A stretch of DNA of 64,000 nucleotides, from assembly GCA_040905425.1 (NCBI GenBank), contig JBBDRO010000032.1:31726-95725 (forward strand), written 5' to 3'. Position 1 is the first letter of the stretch. Every line of letters begins with the position of its first letter. The position numbers were made by a program, and so were the translations under genes. The notes under the pieces are model-generated. The model was not told the DNA's origin. It did not search any database and was given only the letters and a program-made list of their open reading frames with translations. Positions 10,026-20,518 of this stretch are shown here, piece by piece. Source of the DNA: Gemmatimonadota bacterium (GTDB lineage Bacteria > Gemmatimonadota > Gemmatimonadetes > Longimicrobiales > RSA9).

Positions 10026-10050
10026 CCGCGTCTCTTTCCGGGAGGTTCCG

Positions 10051-11007
10051 ATGCTGGAGATTCTGATACCCGCGGTGGTGGTGGCGGTGGGCACCATCGT
10101 GAGCAGCCTGCGCGTGCTGAAGGAGTACGAGCGGGCGGTGGTCTTCCGCCTGGGGCGCCTCACCGGCGCCAAGGGGCCGGGGCTCATCTTCCTGCTGCCC
10201 TATGGCGTGGAGAAGATGGAGCGGGTGTCCCTGCGCATCGTGGCCATGGACATCCCGCCCCAGGACGTGATCACGCGGGACAACGTGTCCATCAAGGTAA
10301 ACGCCGTGGTCTACTTCAAGGTGGCCGACACGGTGAAGGCCACTATCGTGATCCAGGACTACCTGTTCGCCACCAGCCAGCTGGCGCAGACCACACTGCG
10401 CAGCGTGGTGGGCCAGGCGGAACTCGACCAGCTGCTGGCCGAGCGGGAGCACTTCAATGACATCGTGCGCACCATCATCGACACCGGCACCGACGCGTGG
10501 GGGATCGAGGTGACCGCCGTGGAGATCAAGGACATCGATCTGCCCGCCGAGATGCGTCGCGCCATGGCGCGGCAGGCCGAGGCGGAGCGGGAGCGCCGCG
10601 CCAAGGTCATCAACGCGCAGGGGGAGCTGCAGGCCTCCAAGCAGCTCGCGGCGGCGGCCAAGATGCTGCAGACGCAGCCCGCGGCCATCCAGCTCCGCTA
10701 TCTGCAGACGGTCTCCGAGATCGCCACGGAGAACAACTCCACCACCCTCTTCCCGATCCCCATCGACCTGTTCAAGCCGTTCATCGAGAAGCTCGGCCGG
10801 ACGATGGGTGGCGCCGAGGGCCCGGACGAGGTGGATGAGTCCCTGGACGTGGACCCGAATGATCCGGCGCTGCTGGCGCCGCCCGCGCCGCTGCGCGATC
10901 ACAAGTCCCTGCGGCCGGCCGCGGAGAAGGCCGCCGCGGCGCATGCCGCCGCCGAGCGGAAGTCCGCTGGCCGCGATGACCATGACGTCGGCGATCGGTC
11001 GGGTTGA
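10051..11007 (+). CDS. SPFH/band 7 (stomatin-like) protein
   Basis: [33 protein letters not shown]. Confidence 0.92.
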   Translation: MLEILIPAVVVAVGTIVSSLRVLKEYERAVVFRLGRLTGAKGPGLIFLLPYGVEKMERVSLRIVAMDIPPQDVITRDNVSIKVNAVVYFKVADTVKATIVIQDYLFATSQLAQTTLRSVVGQAELDQLLAEREHFNDIVRTIIDTGTDAWGIEVTAVEIKDIDLPAEMRRAMARQAEAERERRAKVINAQGELQASKQLAAAAKMLQTQPAAIQLRYLQTVSEIATENNSTTLFPIPIDLFKPFIEKLGRTMGGAEGPDEVDESLDVDPNDPALLAPPAPLRDHKSLRPAAEKAAAAHAAAERKSAGRDDHDVGDRSG

Positions 11008-11876
11008 CCAGGGACGCCGAGCCGGCTGACCCGCCCGTCGGGGGCGTGCCCGGACGCCGTATTGGGCGCGGTGACCTGGAGGCCGTCATCCGCCGCGCCG
11101 CCGAACTCTCCGTGCGCGCCGCGGACGCCGAGGAGCGGCTGAGCGAAGGGGACCTGCTGCGCATCGGTGAGGAAGTGGGCCTGCCCGCCAAGCACGTTCT
11201 GCAAGCGCTTCACGAGCGGCCGGAACTGCGCAGTGATCCCTCCGCGTTCGAGGGGCTGTTCGGCTCCTCGGTGGTGGTGGCGCACCGCGCGCTGCCCGGC
11301 GCGGCCGCGGCCACGGCGCGCCGCATCGAGAGCTACCTGGCCGCGCACGAGTACCTGCGCGTGGTGCGCAGTCGCGAGGGTGCCATCCTCATGGTGCCCG
11401 CCGACGACACGCTCTCCTCGCTGGCGCGGGTCTTCACGCGGCCCAAGAGCCGCCACTACCTGGCGCGCGCGCGGCGCGTGGCGGCGGCGGCCCATCCCCT
11501 GGAGGAGGGCGCCGCGCACGTGCGCATCGAGGCCGACCTGGGCGAGCAGCGCGGCAAGGCCGTCACGGCCGGCGTCACCATCGGCTCCGGCATGGGGCTG
11601 GCGGCGGGAGGCATCGGCGCCGGCGTGATCGCCACGGTGATGGACCCCGGCAGCGCGGTGGCGCTGGCGGGCATGGTGGGCAGCCTGGGCGCCGGGATCG
11701 CGGTCGGGCTGGCGGGCGGCGTGCTGGTGGCGGCGCGGGGTTTCAAGCGCCGGGTGCGCGCGGCCCGGACCGAGCTGGAAGGGCTGCTCGACCGCCTGGA
11801 GCGGGGCGAGCGGCTGGAGCCGCCGCCGGCGCCCTGGCGCCAGCGGCTGAGGAGCCGTTTCAGGGGCGGCCCGTAG
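11004..11876 (+). CDS. Hypothetical membrane protein
   Basis: 4-nt overlap with the SPFH gene; two Gly-rich TM segments near the C-terminus. Confidence 0.7.
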   Translation: MTRDAEPADPPVGGVPGRRIGRGDLEAVIRRAAELSVRAADAEERLSEGDLLRIGEEVGLPAKHVLQALHERPELRSDPSAFEGLFGSSVVVAHRALPGAAAATARRIESYLAAHEYLRVVRSREGAILMVPADDTLSSLARVFTRPKSRHYLARARRVAAAAHPLEEGAAHVRIEADLGEQRGKAVTAGVTIGSGMGLAAGGIGAGVIATVMDPGSAVALAGMVGSLGAGIAVGLAGGVLVAARGFKRRVRAARTELEGLLDRLERGERLEPPPAPWRQRLRSRFRGGP

Positions 11877-11907
11877 CCGCCCCGTCCGACAAATTCAACG
11901 GGAGCAT

Positions 11908-12798
11908 ATGATGGCCAGGATCGAACGGGTGGGTGTGCTGGGATGCGGGCTCATGGGGAGCGGGATCGCCGAGGTCACGGCCAAGGCCGGCATCGAGACG
12001 TGGGTGCGCGAGGTGAATGATGACCTCGTGGCAAAGGGGCGCGGCCGCATCGAGAAGAGCCTGGGCCGGGCAGTGGAGAAGGGCAAACTGGACGCGGCCG
12101 AACGGGACCGTGTGCTGGAGCGCATCCACTTCACCACGGAGCTCGGGGAGCTGGCAAGCGTGGAGCTGATCATCGAGGCCGTGACCGAGGACCTGGCCAT
12201 CAAGAACGAGATGTTCGGGGCGCTGGACGAGGTGTGCGGCGCCGACACCATCTTTGCCAGCAATACCAGCTCGCTCACCATTGCCGACATGGCCGCCGCC
12301 ACGGGGCGCCCCGGCCGCTTCGTGGGCTTGCACTTCTTCAACCCCGTACCCGTGATGAAGCTGGTGGAAGTGGTGCGCACCATTGCCACCGACGAGGACG
12401 CCTACACCGCCGCGCTGGACTTTGCCCGCGCCATCGGCAAGGAGCCGGTGGAGGCCAAGGACACCTCGGGCTTCGTGGTGAACCGCCTGCTCATCCCCTA
12501 CATGCTGGACGCCATCCGCGCCCTGGAGACGGGCGTGGCCACCATCACGGACATCGACAAGGCCATGACGCTCGGCACCGGCTACCCCATGGGCCCCTTC
12601 GTGCTGTCCGACTTCGTGGGCATCGACACGCTCCACAAGGCGGCGGAGATCATGTACGAGGAGTTCCGCGAGACACGCTACGCCTCACCGCCGCTGCTCA
12701 AGCGCATGGTGTCCATGGGGTGGTACGGCCGGAAGAGCGGCCGCGGCTTCTACGACTACTCCGGGGAGAAACCCGTGCCCGTGGAACTGGGTCTGTAA
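11908..12798 (+). CDS. hbd: 3-hydroxybutyryl-CoA (3-hydroxyacyl-CoA) dehydrogenase
   Basis: GCGLMGSGIA, ASNTSS, HFFNPVP, GFVVNR, YPMGP. Confidence 0.9.
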   Translation: MMARIERVGVLGCGLMGSGIAEVTAKAGIETWVREVNDDLVAKGRGRIEKSLGRAVEKGKLDAAERDRVLERIHFTTELGELASVELIIEAVTEDLAIKNEMFGALDEVCGADTIFASNTSSLTIADMAAATGRPGRFVGLHFFNPVPVMKLVEVVRTIATDEDAYTAALDFARAIGKEPVEAKDTSGFVVNRLLIPYMLDAIRALETGVATITDIDKAMTLGTGYPMGPFVLSDFVGIDTLHKAAEIMYEEFRETRYASPPLLKRMVSMGWYGRKSGRGFYDYSGEKPVPVELGL

Positions 12799-12892
12799 GC
12801 GACGTCCCCCCGCACGTCCATGGCACGCGCCGGATCCCGGCCCCGCCGGAGCCGCGCGGCGCGCCGGTGAGGCGGCCGGGCATCGTCGCTTG

Positions 12893-12926
12893 AAAAAAAA
12901 CAGGGCCTCCCCGCGGGGAGGCCCTG
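12893..12926 (-). terminator. Intrinsic terminator of the NSS transporter gene
   Basis: Perfect GC-rich inverted repeat CAGGGCCTCCCC/GGGGAGGCCCTG followed by T8 on the minus strand. Confidence 0.9.
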
Positions 12927-12948
12927 CGCACGCGCGGGCGGAGCGGCC

Positions 12949-14382
12949 TCAGCCGGCGGCCACCTGGCCGAAACCGAAGAGGCTGATGAGGAGCTGCATC
13001 AGGATGAGTACAATGGCCACCGGCGCCAGGAAGCGGATGAGGAAGCTCCACGTGCGGCCGAGCGGGAACTTGCCGTCGTTCGCGCGCACTTCCTCACCCA
13101 CGCCCTTGACGCCCCAGGCCCAGCCGGCGAAGAGCGCGATGAACAGGGCGCCCACCACCAGGGCGTACTGGCCGAAGAGCATGAAGAGGAAGGACAGGAA
13201 GTCCGTGCCCACGCCCGGCAGCGATGAGAGCCAACCCACCGCGCCGTTGCCGAGGGCGCTCGGGATGCCGAGCAGGAACGCCGCACCGCCCACGGCCACG
13301 GCCGCCTTCTTCCGGCTCCACCGCTTCTCATCCACGAAGTAGGCGGTGGCCACCTCCAGCAGCGAGACGCTGGAGGTCAGCGCCGCGATGGCCAGCAGCA
13401 GGAAGAACAGGGTGCCGAACAGGATGCCGCCGATGGGCGCGGGCGGGATGGTGCCGAGCAGCGAGGTGAGCACCACGAAGACCATGCCGGGGCCGCCATC
13501 ACCCGCCTGCATGCCGGCGTGGAAGAGCGTGGGGAAGATGATCAGGCCGGCCATGATGGCAATGGCGGTGTCGAAGCCTGAGACCCAGAGCGCGGAGGTG
13601 ACGAGGTCATCCTTCTTGCCGATGTAGGAGCCGTAGGTGATCATGGCGCCCATGCCCAGCGAGAGGGAAAAGAACGCCTGCCCGATGGCGGCCAGGACCA
13701 CGCCGCCATTGATGTCACTGAAATCCGGCTTCAGGTAGAACTCCAGCCCGGCGCCGGCGCCGGAGAGGGTCACCGCGCGGATGACCAGCAGGACTAGGAT
13801 GATGGCCAGCAGGGGCATGAGCACTTTGGTCCACCGCTCGATGCCGTGGCGCACGCCGCCCAGCACCACGTAGATGGTCAGCGCCATGAAGAGCAGGTGC
13901 GTGAAGATGGAGCCCCACGCGCTGCCGGCCACGCCGCCGAAGATGGCCTCCGTATCGGCACCCACCCCGAAGGCGCCGGTGAGCGTCTTCCAGACGTACG
14001 TGAGCGTCCACCCGGCGATCACCGAGTAGAAGCTGAGGATCACGATACCCGTGATGACCCCCAGGGCACCCACCAGGCCCCAGGCGGTGCCGGGCTTGAT
14101 GGCCTTGAAGGCGCCCACCGGATTGCGCTGGCTGCGGCGGCCGATGGCCAGCTCGGCCAGCATGACGGGTGCGCCGATGAGCGCCACGCAGATAAGGTAG
14201 AGGACCAGGAAGGCGCCGCCCCCGTTGGCGGCGGCCACGGTGGGGAAGCCCCAGATGTTGCCCAGGCCGACGGCGCTGCCGGCGGCGGCCAGGATGAAGG
14301 CGGCCTTCGATCCCCACGTGTCGCGCGGTGCCGGTGTGGTGGGATCGCCGGCGGACGGCGGCGTGCTCGAGGTGGTTTGCAT
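12949..14382 (-). CDS. Sodium-dependent transporter, NSS (SNF) family
   Basis: AAAGSAVGLGNIWGFP, GGGAF, QAFFSLSLGMG; many TMs. Confidence 0.93.
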   Translation of the reverse strand: MQTTSSTPPSAGDPTTPAPRDTWGSKAAFILAAAGSAVGLGNIWGFPTVAAANGGGAFLVLYLICVALIGAPVMLAELAIGRRSQRNPVGAFKAIKPGTAWGLVGALGVITGIVILSFYSVIAGWTLTYVWKTLTGAFGVGADTEAIFGGVAGSAWGSIFTHLLFMALTIYVVLGGVRHGIERWTKVLMPLLAIILVLLVIRAVTLSGAGAGLEFYLKPDFSDINGGVVLAAIGQAFFSLSLGMGAMITYGSYIGKKDDLVTSALWVSGFDTAIAIMAGLIIFPTLFHAGMQAGDGGPGMVFVVLTSLLGTIPPAPIGGILFGTLFFLLLAIAALTSSVSLLEVATAYFVDEKRWSRKKAAVAVGGAAFLLGIPSALGNGAVGWLSSLPGVGTDFLSFLFMLFGQYALVVGALFIALFAGWAWGVKGVGEEVRANDGKFPLGRTWSFLIRFLAPVAIVLILMQLLISLFGFGQVAAG

Positions 14383-14434
14383 CGACGGCCCTCTCCGATG
14401 GTCTGTGGATGAACGATGCGCCGGCGGCGCCGGC

Positions 14435-15163
14435 CTACGGCAGCGTGTCCTCGCGATGCAGGGCGTGCGTGTAGCGCTGGTACTCCCCGGGGTTGGCCAG
14501 GTAATCCTCCACCCAGGTCTCGAAGGGTGGCAGCGGCAACCTGTGCTCCAGTTCCTGCACCACGCTCATGGCCAGCTGGAAGCGGTCGCGTGCGCGGAAG
14601 TCAATGCGCCTCCCCTCCAGCAGGATCTCCACCATCTCCTCGAACGTGTCGGGCTGCAACAGCGCAATGAGGTGCGTGACCTGATCCAGCCGGTACGACT
14701 CGTAGAGGGAACGCAGTTCCTGCAACGAGGGTGACACGTCGCTCGGCGCGATGTCGGGGGCGCGCTCGGCGGCGTGGCGCACGAGGAGCTCGCGGAACCA
14801 GCCGTGGAACGCCGGCGGGTAGCCGGTCCGGCGCTCGTGCGCCGCGAGCGCCGAATCGAGCAGCGCCATGAGCAGCGGCTTGCCCAGACCGCGTGCCCGG
14901 GCGTCCACATCCTGCTCGCTGCCTTCCACGAAGAGGTCCGCCGTGCGTACTTCACTGCCCGGCTCGTCCGCCGCGGAGCGGAAGGAGAAGTAGCCGCGCC
15001 AGCAGCCGTCGGGCAGCAGGTAGGTGATGAGGAACACCGTCCAGCGGCCGTCACCGCGCTCCATGAACGTGAAGGAACGGCAGCGGCTACGCACCACATC
15101 ATCGGTGGGTGCGGCGGGCGCCGGACGGGACGCATCCGAGGGCGGTTGTGGGCGGGGATGCAT
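14435..15163 (-). CDS. Hypothetical protein
   Basis: 242-aa ORF with globular composition, fills the gap between neighbouring genes. Confidence 0.7.
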   Translation of the reverse strand: MHPRPQPPSDASRPAPAAPTDDVVRSRCRSFTFMERGDGRWTVFLITYLLPDGCWRGYFSFRSAADEPGSEVRTADLFVEGSEQDVDARARGLGKPLLMALLDSALAAHERRTGYPPAFHGWFRELLVRHAAERAPDIAPSDVSPSLQELRSLYESYRLDQVTHLIALLQPDTFEEMVEILLEGRRIDFRARDRFQLAMSVVQELEHRLPLPPFETWVEDYLANPGEYQRYTHALHREDTLP

Positions 15164-15460
15164 GCCGCTGCAGGCTAACTGGCGGGCCAGATCCAGTCAA
15201 GGCGCGCGGGCGTGGCCCGGGCACACCGCCCGCAGGCCAAATTCAAAAATTTCTGCACGATCGCGCCAGTACTCCTTTTGGACAATCCGCTGGCCGTAAA
15301 CGGCGTGGCCATGGGAATGCACGCTTCGAAACGGCCGTTTTGCGGGGCCCGTGCCGGGCGGAACGATTGCCAAACACGCACGATCGTGTACACGTGAAAA
15401 CCCTTGTGCCACAATGATAATCGTCTAACGGGTTGGCGCAGTGCGGGTTACACGCAAGGG

Positions 15461-15489
15461 TTGACGCATGCCGGACCGCTCCGTATCTT
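15461..15489 (+). promoter_or_regulatory. Sigma70-type promoter TTGACG-N17-TATCTT
   Basis: Near-consensus hexamers with 17-bp spacing upstream of the 15594 ORF. Confidence 0.7.
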
Positions 15490-15593
15490 GGCGTTACCTG
15501 CTCGAGACGATGACCGGATTCCGTGGATGCTCATCCTCCCGGTCCAGGCGGGAAAAAAATCACCCATTTTTTGAATGCGTCGAGGCGTAACGT

Positions 15594-15779
15594 ATGTGGG
15601 AGACGTGTGCCGTTGATCTACGGGTGGAGCTGCCGAGGCCGGTGGCCGACGAGGTGGCTGAGGTGCAGCGGCGCGATCCCGAGATGCTCAGTCGAATGCT
15701 CTTCTATGCGCTCACGCGGCGCACGATCTACGAACACCTTTCCCGCGGGTCGCTGCCGGCCGGCGAGCCGACGGACTGA
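15594..15779 (+). CDS. Small hypothetical protein (61 aa)
   Basis: GAGG RBS, upstream promoter, host-like codons. Confidence 0.65.
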   Translation: MWETCAVDLRVELPRPVADEVAEVQRRDPEMLSRMLFYALTRRTIYEHLSRGSLPAGEPTD

Positions 15780-15969
15780 GGTCCGCGGGGCCGCCCGCGC
15801 GGCTGTCGGGGCCATCGTTTGACGCCCTGCGCGACCGTGCCGGGCCCGCCCGCGGCGGCACGCGTCTCTTGACGGCCGCCCCCCACAGCGCCCAGCTTTG
15901 CCGGACGGCGTGACCGAGCCGTCCGGCGAATGCCGGCCGTAGCGCGCCATCCCTTCTGCCACGGCTGTC

Positions 15970-16347
15970 ATGGCTGCGGAATCCGAGGAAGCGCGAACGC
16001 TGCGGGCAAAGTACTGGGATTGGTGCTCTGCCCGGCTGGCCGACCGCTTCCTCTCACTCTCTTCCGATGACATCTACCGCCTGGCGCGCCGCGAGCCCGA
16101 AACGGGCGCGGGACTGGGCGGAGGGACGCCCGTCGGCCGGGATCCGGGGGCGCTGGCCGGGGAAACGCCCGCGTCCTTCCGGGAGCTGGTGGCGCAGGTG
16201 ACCGAGAGCCTGGCCCGGGAGATGGGTCTGCCCAGCTTCGAGCAGTGGAGCGCGGCCTACCGGGAGGATCCCGCCCGCTTCGAAGGCCAGTTGCTGGGCA
16301 TGTGGCGCGACCGGGAGGCGGAGCCCACGGAGGATGAGCCGGGCTGA
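15970..16347 (+). CDS. Hypothetical protein
   Basis: 125-aa ORF ending just before a terminator. Confidence 0.7.
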   Translation: MAAESEEARTLRAKYWDWCSARLADRFLSLSSDDIYRLARREPETGAGLGGGTPVGRDPGALAGETPASFRELVAQVTESLAREMGLPSFEQWSAAYREDPARFEGQLLGMWRDREAEPTEDEPG

Positions 16348-16375
16348 GGAGCGCTGCTGCACGCAGGCGCCCGCA

Positions 16376-16415
16376 AAAAGAACGGCGGCGATCCCGTGAT
16401 CGCCGCCGTTCTTTT
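16376..16415. terminator. Bidirectional intrinsic terminator
   Basis: AAAAGAACGGCGGCGATC-CCGT-GATCGCCGCCGTTCTTTT between convergent genes. Confidence 0.9.
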
Positions 16416-16433
16416 CCTACAGCGCTGCCGGGG

Positions 16434-16676
16434 TCAGAAGTGCTCCGGACCCTCGCGCATCTGGAAGCGCCAGGTGCCGACCATGGCCACGATGCCCGCG
16501 GCGGCCAGCAGCAGGCCCACCAGGCCCCAGGCCAGCGCCCAGTCCGAGCGCTGATTGGCCCAGCCGCGCCAGGCGCTCCACAGCGAGGTGGCGGCCATGA
16601 CCAGCCACAGGATGCCGATGCCGAAGCCTGCGGCCAGGCCGGCGGTGTGCTGGGGAAGCCGGTGCTCGTTGGACAT
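16434..16676 (-). CDS. Small 2-TM membrane protein
   Basis: GAGGAGAG RBS before ATG; two hydrophobic helices. Confidence 0.7.
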   Translation of the reverse strand: MSNEHRLPQHTAGLAAGFGIGILWLVMAATSLWSAWRGWANQRSDWALAWGLVGLLLAAAGIVAMVGTWRFQMREGPEHF

Positions 16677-16837
16677 GCTCTCCTCGGGTCGGGTTCGCCG
16701 GCAATATAGGAGCGCGCCAGGGTTCGGCAAGGCGTGCGCTCGATGAGGGCGGCCGTTGCGCTCGGCCTTACCTGTGCGCATGCTAAGCTCCGTCCGCGCG
16801 CGCACGGAGCGCGGGCGGCACGCAGTCATGGAGGCGA

Positions 16838-17098
16838 ATGATGGCCGTACGCATTGCCCCGCTCGAGGAAGGCACGCGCGTCAAGGTACGGCGCTCCAAC
16901 CTGCCGATCGATCCCGCCGTGGTGGGCCGGTCCGGCACGGTGGTGGCGGCCAGCCCGTACCACGCGCATCGCCTGGGCGTGGTGCTGGACGGTGAGACAC
17001 TGCCCCGCCAGTTCCGGCGCACCGAACTGGAAGTGGTGGCCGCCCCGGCCCTGCCGCGTGAGCGGGAGAGCGCCAAGAGCCGCTCCGCGCTACCCTGA
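16838..17098 (+). CDS. Small hypothetical protein (possible SH3-like fold)
   Basis: GGAGG RBS; EGTRVKV...GRSGTVV pattern. Confidence 0.65.
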   Translation: MMAVRIAPLEEGTRVKVRRSNLPIDPAVVGRSGTVVAASPYHAHRLGVVLDGETLPRQFRRTELEVVAAPALPRERESAKSRSALP

Positions 17099-17181
17099 AG
17101 GCCGTCGCACATGCCGGGGAGCACCGGGAACGTTCCGTGCATGGCGGGGCCGTGCCCCACACAGAGCAGCCCAGGAGACGC

Positions 17182-17628
17182 ATGAGCACGCACACCGGAG
17201 AGAGTTCCGAGCCCGCCTCGGTGGAAGAGGCACGCCGCGCCGTGGAGGAGCGTCGCCGGCGCATGTCCGGTACGCTCGACGAGCTCGAGGACCGGATCGT
17301 GGAGGGGAAGGAAGAGCTGCAGCGGAAGGTGGACGTGCCGGGCCGCCTGCGGGATCGTGTCCTCGCGCGGCCGTGGGGCACCCTCGGCGTGGCCTTCGGC
17401 GTCGGCCTGGCTGTGGGTTTTCTCACCGGCGGATCCGGCGGCTCCGGCGGCTCCGTGGAGTACGACGAAGATGACGACGTGCACTACGTGGACCACCGCT
17501 TCGGCTTCTGGCGCACCGTACGCGCGCAGCTCGTGGGCGCCGCCATTGCCGCCCTCACCGAGGCAGTCCACGACCGGGTGGCCGGGCCGCACACCGCGCG
17601 CGAGCGGCCGGAGCCGGGCCAGGATTAG
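17182..17628 (+). CDS. DUF3618/ElaB-YqjD-like tail-anchored protein
   Basis: AGGAG RBS; coiled N-terminus and PWGTLGVAFGVGLAVGFL. Confidence 0.7.
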   Translation: MSTHTGESSEPASVEEARRAVEERRRRMSGTLDELEDRIVEGKEELQRKVDVPGRLRDRVLARPWGTLGVAFGVGLAVGFLTGGSGGSGGSVEYDEDDDVHYVDHRFGFWRTVRAQLVGAAIAALTEAVHDRVAGPHTARERPEPGQD

Positions 17629-17701
17629 CGGCTGCCTGCAGGCAAGGTGCCATGGGCGGGCACCAATGCGGGGATTGTGCCAGCGTTGTCCGGGCGTGCC
17701 G

Positions 17702-18937
17702 TCAGGGGCCGATGGGCTCGGGTCGCACCGCTAAATGCGCCGCCAGTCGCAGGGCCAGACGGGCCACCAGGGTCATGCCCGGTACGTCGATGAGTTCCGC
17801 GTCATCTTCGGGCTGGTGGTACTGGGGATGGGTCCCGGTGAAGAGGGCCAGGGCGGGGCGGCCGTGTTGCAGGAAGCAGCGGTGGTCGCTCCCGATGTAG
17901 CTGAGCGGCACGTAGCTGAGTCCCGGCTCGTGCCGTTCCAGCAGCCCCATCCAGACGCCGCCCGGGAGGGCACCCGCCAGGTAGACCGTGCCGCTCCGCA
18001 GCCGGCCGATCATGTCCAGGTTGAGCATGGCACTCACGCTGGCCAGGGGCACCAGGGGCTGCTGGCAGAAGTGATTGGATCCCACCAGCCCCGCCTCCTC
18101 GGCGCCGAACGCGATGAACATGAATGAGCGCCGGTCCGGCGTCCCGAAGCCGTCACCGGCGGCGTGGGCCGCCAACGCGCGGGCCAGTTCCAGCAGGGCC
18201 GCGGTGCCCGAGGCGTTGTCATCGGCGCCGTTGTGGATGAGGTCCTCCACGACGCCCAGGTGGTCGTAGTGGGCGCCGATCAGCACCCACTCGTCGCGCA
18301 GGGATCCCGTGCCCCGGACTACGCCGACCACGTTCTGCGACGTGCCGGGAAATCGTACGCCGGTGAAGGGCTGAAACCAGACGTCATCCGTGAGCGCCGT
18401 GACGCCGTAGCGGATCAGTTCCGTCCGGATGTAGCCGGCCGCGCGCAACTCGTCGGGTGAGCCGTAGCGCCGGCCGCGCATGGAATCGTGGGCCAGCGCC
18501 GTCACGTGTGCCAGCAGACGGCTGCCGTCCAGATCCGGCAGCGGCAGCCCGGCGGTGGTGAAGGACCAGTGGGTGGTGGCCACCACGCCGTCCCCGTAGG
18601 TGATGCCCGGGCCCAGGTGGACCGTGTGGGTGCTGCCCGCATCGAACGCGTCCAGCGGTGTCAGGACCACCGTGCGGGCATCGGGGCGGGACAGGCGGGT
18701 GGGTACGCGCACCCCTCCCCGCTCCACCCACGCCGCGGCCGGGGTGTCCGCCGGCAGGGCCACGGGCCAGCGGAAGACAATGTGGACGGCGCCGGTAAGC
18801 GGGACGCCCGTGGCCCCGGCGGCGGGCACGCGGCTCAGGATGCCGGATGCGGAGGGTGGAGCCGTGGCGTCGCGGCCGCACGCGGCCAGTGCCAGGCAGA
18901 GCAGGAAGATGCGTACGCGGCCCGCGGACCTCCTCAT
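17702..18937 (-). CDS. M28 family peptidase lipoprotein with Ig-like domain
   Basis: Lipobox LAAC; GAHYDHLG, GADDNASG, AEEAGL, YHQPED. Confidence 0.9.
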   Translation of the reverse strand: MRRSAGRVRIFLLCLALAACGRDATAPPSASGILSRVPAAGATGVPLTGAVHIVFRWPVALPADTPAAAWVERGGVRVPTRLSRPDARTVVLTPLDAFDAGSTHTVHLGPGITYGDGVVATTHWSFTTAGLPLPDLDGSRLLAHVTALAHDSMRGRRYGSPDELRAAGYIRTELIRYGVTALTDDVWFQPFTGVRFPGTSQNVVGVVRGTGSLRDEWVLIGAHYDHLGVVEDLIHNGADDNASGTAALLELARALAAHAAGDGFGTPDRRSFMFIAFGAEEAGLVGSNHFCQQPLVPLASVSAMLNLDMIGRLRSGTVYLAGALPGGVWMGLLERHEPGLSYVPLSYIGSDHRCFLQHGRPALALFTGTHPQYHQPEDDAELIDVPGMTLVARLALRLAAHLAVRPEPIGP

Positions 18938-18959
18938 GCCACCCGCCTAGCCCGCCGCC

Positions 18960-19424
18960 TCAGAAGGGCAGGTCGTCATCCTCCACCTCGAAAGGCGAGG
19001 GCGCTGCCTGCCCGCCGCCCTGCTGTGGACGCCGTTGCGGGCTCTGGTCGTAGCTCCCGCCGCCCCCGCCCCCGCCCCCGCCGGACCCGCTCTGGCTCCC
19101 CAGCATCACCATCTCCCGGACCACGATGTCCGTCCAGTAGCGCGGCTGGCCCTTGTCATCCTCGGTCTGGCTGTACTCCAGGCGGCCTTCCACGTAGAGG
19201 CGGTCCCCCTTGTGGATGTACTGCTCCACCAGCTCGGCCAGCTTGTCGAAGAAGGTGAGGCGGTGCCACTCGGTCTTCTCCTGCTGTTGTCCCGAGCGGT
19301 CCGAGAAGGTGCGGTTCGTGGCCAGGCTGACCTTGGCGATCTTGGTGCCGCCGCCGGTGGTGCGCATCTCGGGCTCCGCGCCCACGTTGCCGATGAGCAT
19401 GACCTTGTTCAGGGACCGAGCCAT
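18960..19424 (-). CDS. ssb: Single-stranded DNA-binding protein
   Basis: SLNKVMLIGN, EKTEWHR, acidic tail DDDLPF. Confidence 0.96.
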   Translation of the reverse strand: MARSLNKVMLIGNVGAEPEMRTTGGGTKIAKVSLATNRTFSDRSGQQQEKTEWHRLTFFDKLAELVEQYIHKGDRLYVEGRLEYSQTEDDKGQPRYWTDIVVREMVMLGSQSGSGGGGGGGGGSYDQSPQRRPQQGGGQAAPSPFEVEDDDLPF

Positions 19425-19479
19425 GGGGCGTGCCTTTCGGTGGATTGGGTGTTCGGGTGTCCTCGCGGCCAAGATAGTG

Positions 19480-19551
19480 CGGGGCGCCGCCCGGGGGTAG
19501 GCGGGCGCCGCCCGAGGGTAGGCGGGCGCCGTCCGGGGGAAGCGGGCGCCG
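19480..19551. repeat. About 21-bp intergenic tandem repeat GCGGGCGCCGCCCGRGGGTAG, about 3.5 copies
   Basis: Visible between divergent ssb and AI-2E genes. Confidence 0.8.
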
Positions 19552-19622
19552 GCCGGCGCGACGGCGCGAGCCCATGGCACACCGCGTGCTTCCCAGCCAG
19601 CCGACTTCAGCCCAGGAGGGTC

Positions 19623-20512
19623 ATGAGCCGCACCGAGCCCGCACCGCCCACGCGCGTGGACCTGGCCTTCGTGGCCCGCGCCACGCTGATCGTGATCGGT
19701 CTCTGGGCGCTGGCGAGCGGGCTCTGGCTGGGCCGCGACATCCTCTTCGTCACGCTCTTCGCGCTGCTGGTGGGGCTCTTTCTCTCCCTCTTCGTGGGTC
19801 CGCTCGTAAAGCTGGGCGTGCCGCGCCAGGTGGCGGCGCCGCCGGCATGGAGGAGCAGGTGCGCACCCGCATGAACCAGCAGCTGGTGGAGGTGGTGAGC
19901 GGCTCCCTGCCGCTCCTGAACAACGTCTTCGGTATACTCTCCGGCATGTTCCTGGTGATCTTCGCGGGCTTCTTCGTGGCTGTCTCTCCGGCCACCTACC
20001 GGCGCGGCATGGAGCTGCTCGTGCCCGCCAGCCATCGCGCCCTGGCCGCCGACGTGTTGTCGGAGATTGCCACCACGCTGCGCCATTGGATCAAGGGCGC
20101 GGCCACGGCCATGCTCATCATCGGCGTGCTGAACGCCGTGGGCCTGACGGCGCTGGGTGTGCCCGCGGCGCTGGCGCTGGGCCTCTTCGCGGGCCTCATG
20201 GCCTTCATTCCGTTCCTGGGGCCCGTCCTGGGGATGATCCCCGCGCTCGGCGTGGCCCTCACCATTTCACCGCAGAAGGCGCTCTACGTGTTCTTCCTCT
20301 ACCTGGCCATCCAGGTAGTGGAATCCAACCTCATCACGCCGCTCCTCATGAAGGGCATGGTCAAGCTGGAACCGGCGCTGACCATCCTCTTTCAGGCCTT
20401 CATGGCCGCCCTCTTCGGCATCCTGGGCCTGGCGCTGGCAGTGCCTCTGCTGGCCATCCTCAAGGTGCTGGTGAACCGGCTCTACGTGGAGCGCGTGGCC
20501 AACGCCCACTGA
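19623..20512 (+). pseudogene. AI-2E family transporter broken by internal deletion/frameshift near 19840
   Basis: N-terminal TMs (from ATG 19623) end at TGA 19874; the conserved C-terminal part (FIPFLGP, QVVESNLITP) is in another frame; total length is short. Confidence 0.75.
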
Positions 20513-20518
20513 CCTCCC

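Noticed and set aside
15164..15593. Replication origin
   Set aside because: Relatively AT-rich, but no cluster of TTATCCACA-type boxes; only isolated mismatched matches.
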